Shown in pieces: positions 63,499 to 64,000 of a stretch of 64,000 nucleotides of DNA; positions within the stretch are counted from its first letter, which is position 1, and every line of letters starts with the position of its first letter. Origin of the DNA: Gammaproteobacteria bacterium (lineage in GTDB: Bacteria; Pseudomonadota; Gammaproteobacteria; JABABF01); contig OZ250153.1 in NCBI GenBank assembly GCA_965237805.1, positions 1,632,001 to 1,696,000 of the forward strand, given 5' to 3'. Below the pieces are notes generated by a model. It searched no databases. It was not told the DNA's origin and saw nothing but the letters and a program-made list of their open reading frames with translations. A program made the position numbers and the translations under genes.

Positions 63499-64000
63499 TT
63501 ATTTCTTGACACTCTCTAACCATTGCTCGTATTGCTTGGCTTTATGAGGTTCTCCTATAGAGTGGTAGAGATTGGCGAGGTTATAGAGGGATGTTGCAGT
63601 GTCGGGGTGATCAGAGCCGAGGGATTTCTCTCTGATAGCCAAGGCGCGCAGTAAGAGGGGCTCAGCTTTAGCATATAGGCCTTGGGAATAGTACAGATTG
63701 GCGAGGTTATAGAGGGATGTTGCGGTGTCAGGGTGAGCAGAGCCGAGGGATTTCTCGTTGATAGCCAAGGCGTATTGGTAGAGCGGCTTAGCTTTAGCGT
63801 ATAGGCCTTGGGATTTGTACAGTAGGGCGAGGTTATTGAGGGATATTGCAGTGTCGGGGTGATCAGAGCCGAGGGATTTCTCTTGGATAGTCAAGGCGCG
63901 TAGCAAGAGCGGCTCGGCTTTGGCGTATAGGCCTTGGGATTCGTAAAGTGCGGCGAGGTTATTGAGGGATGTTGCGGTGTCAGGGTGATCAGAGCCGAGG
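63499..64000 (-). CDS. TPR protein C-terminus with near-identical 126-bp repeats (continues beyond the window)
   Basis: LGSDHPDTATSL.NLA.LY.SQGLYAKAEPL units at a 126-bp period. Confidence 0.88.
   Translation of the reverse strand, partial: LGSDHPDTATSLNNLAALYESQGLYAKAEPLLLRALTIQEKSLGSDHPDTAISLNNLALLYKSQGLYAKAKPLYQYALAINEKSLGSAHPDTATSLYNLANLYYSQGLYAKAEPLLLRALAIREKSLGSDHPDTATSLYNLANLYHSIGEPHKAKQYEQWLESVKK

Overview
High-GC chromosomal segment, most likely from a gammaproteobacterium, judged from the 23S rRNA and the isc-hsc-fdx-iscX-ndk-rlmN-ispG-hisS-yfgM-bamB-der gene order. TPR proteins, a sulfotransferase, sterol catabolism genes and IS1/IS1595 debris suggest a host-associated (e.g. sponge-symbiont-like) lifestyle; this is inference. 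Contents: a 23S-5S rRNA unit with its own promoter and no 16S; CYP51 plus ferredoxin; steroid C/D-ring genes (ipdAB, ipdC, fadE31/32, fadA6); a C24-branched side-chain cluster (split Rv3521-like OB-folds, ltp4/ltp3, fadD19, echA19, racemase, F420-type LLM); a GH2 glucuronidase; korCAB; tRNA-Ala(CGC); and several low-GC accessory inserts. Two features stand out. (1) A 16 x 26-bp array between rlmN and ispG forms a chain of 15 ATGA-coupled minigenes, each with a Shine-Dalgarno site and each encoding MTRRQELRA, with only synonymous variation. (2) Six genes have a degenerate copy of their own 3' end nearby, five of them on the far side of an accessory insert, with no integrase present. Family assignments are from motif recognition and memory; no searches were run.
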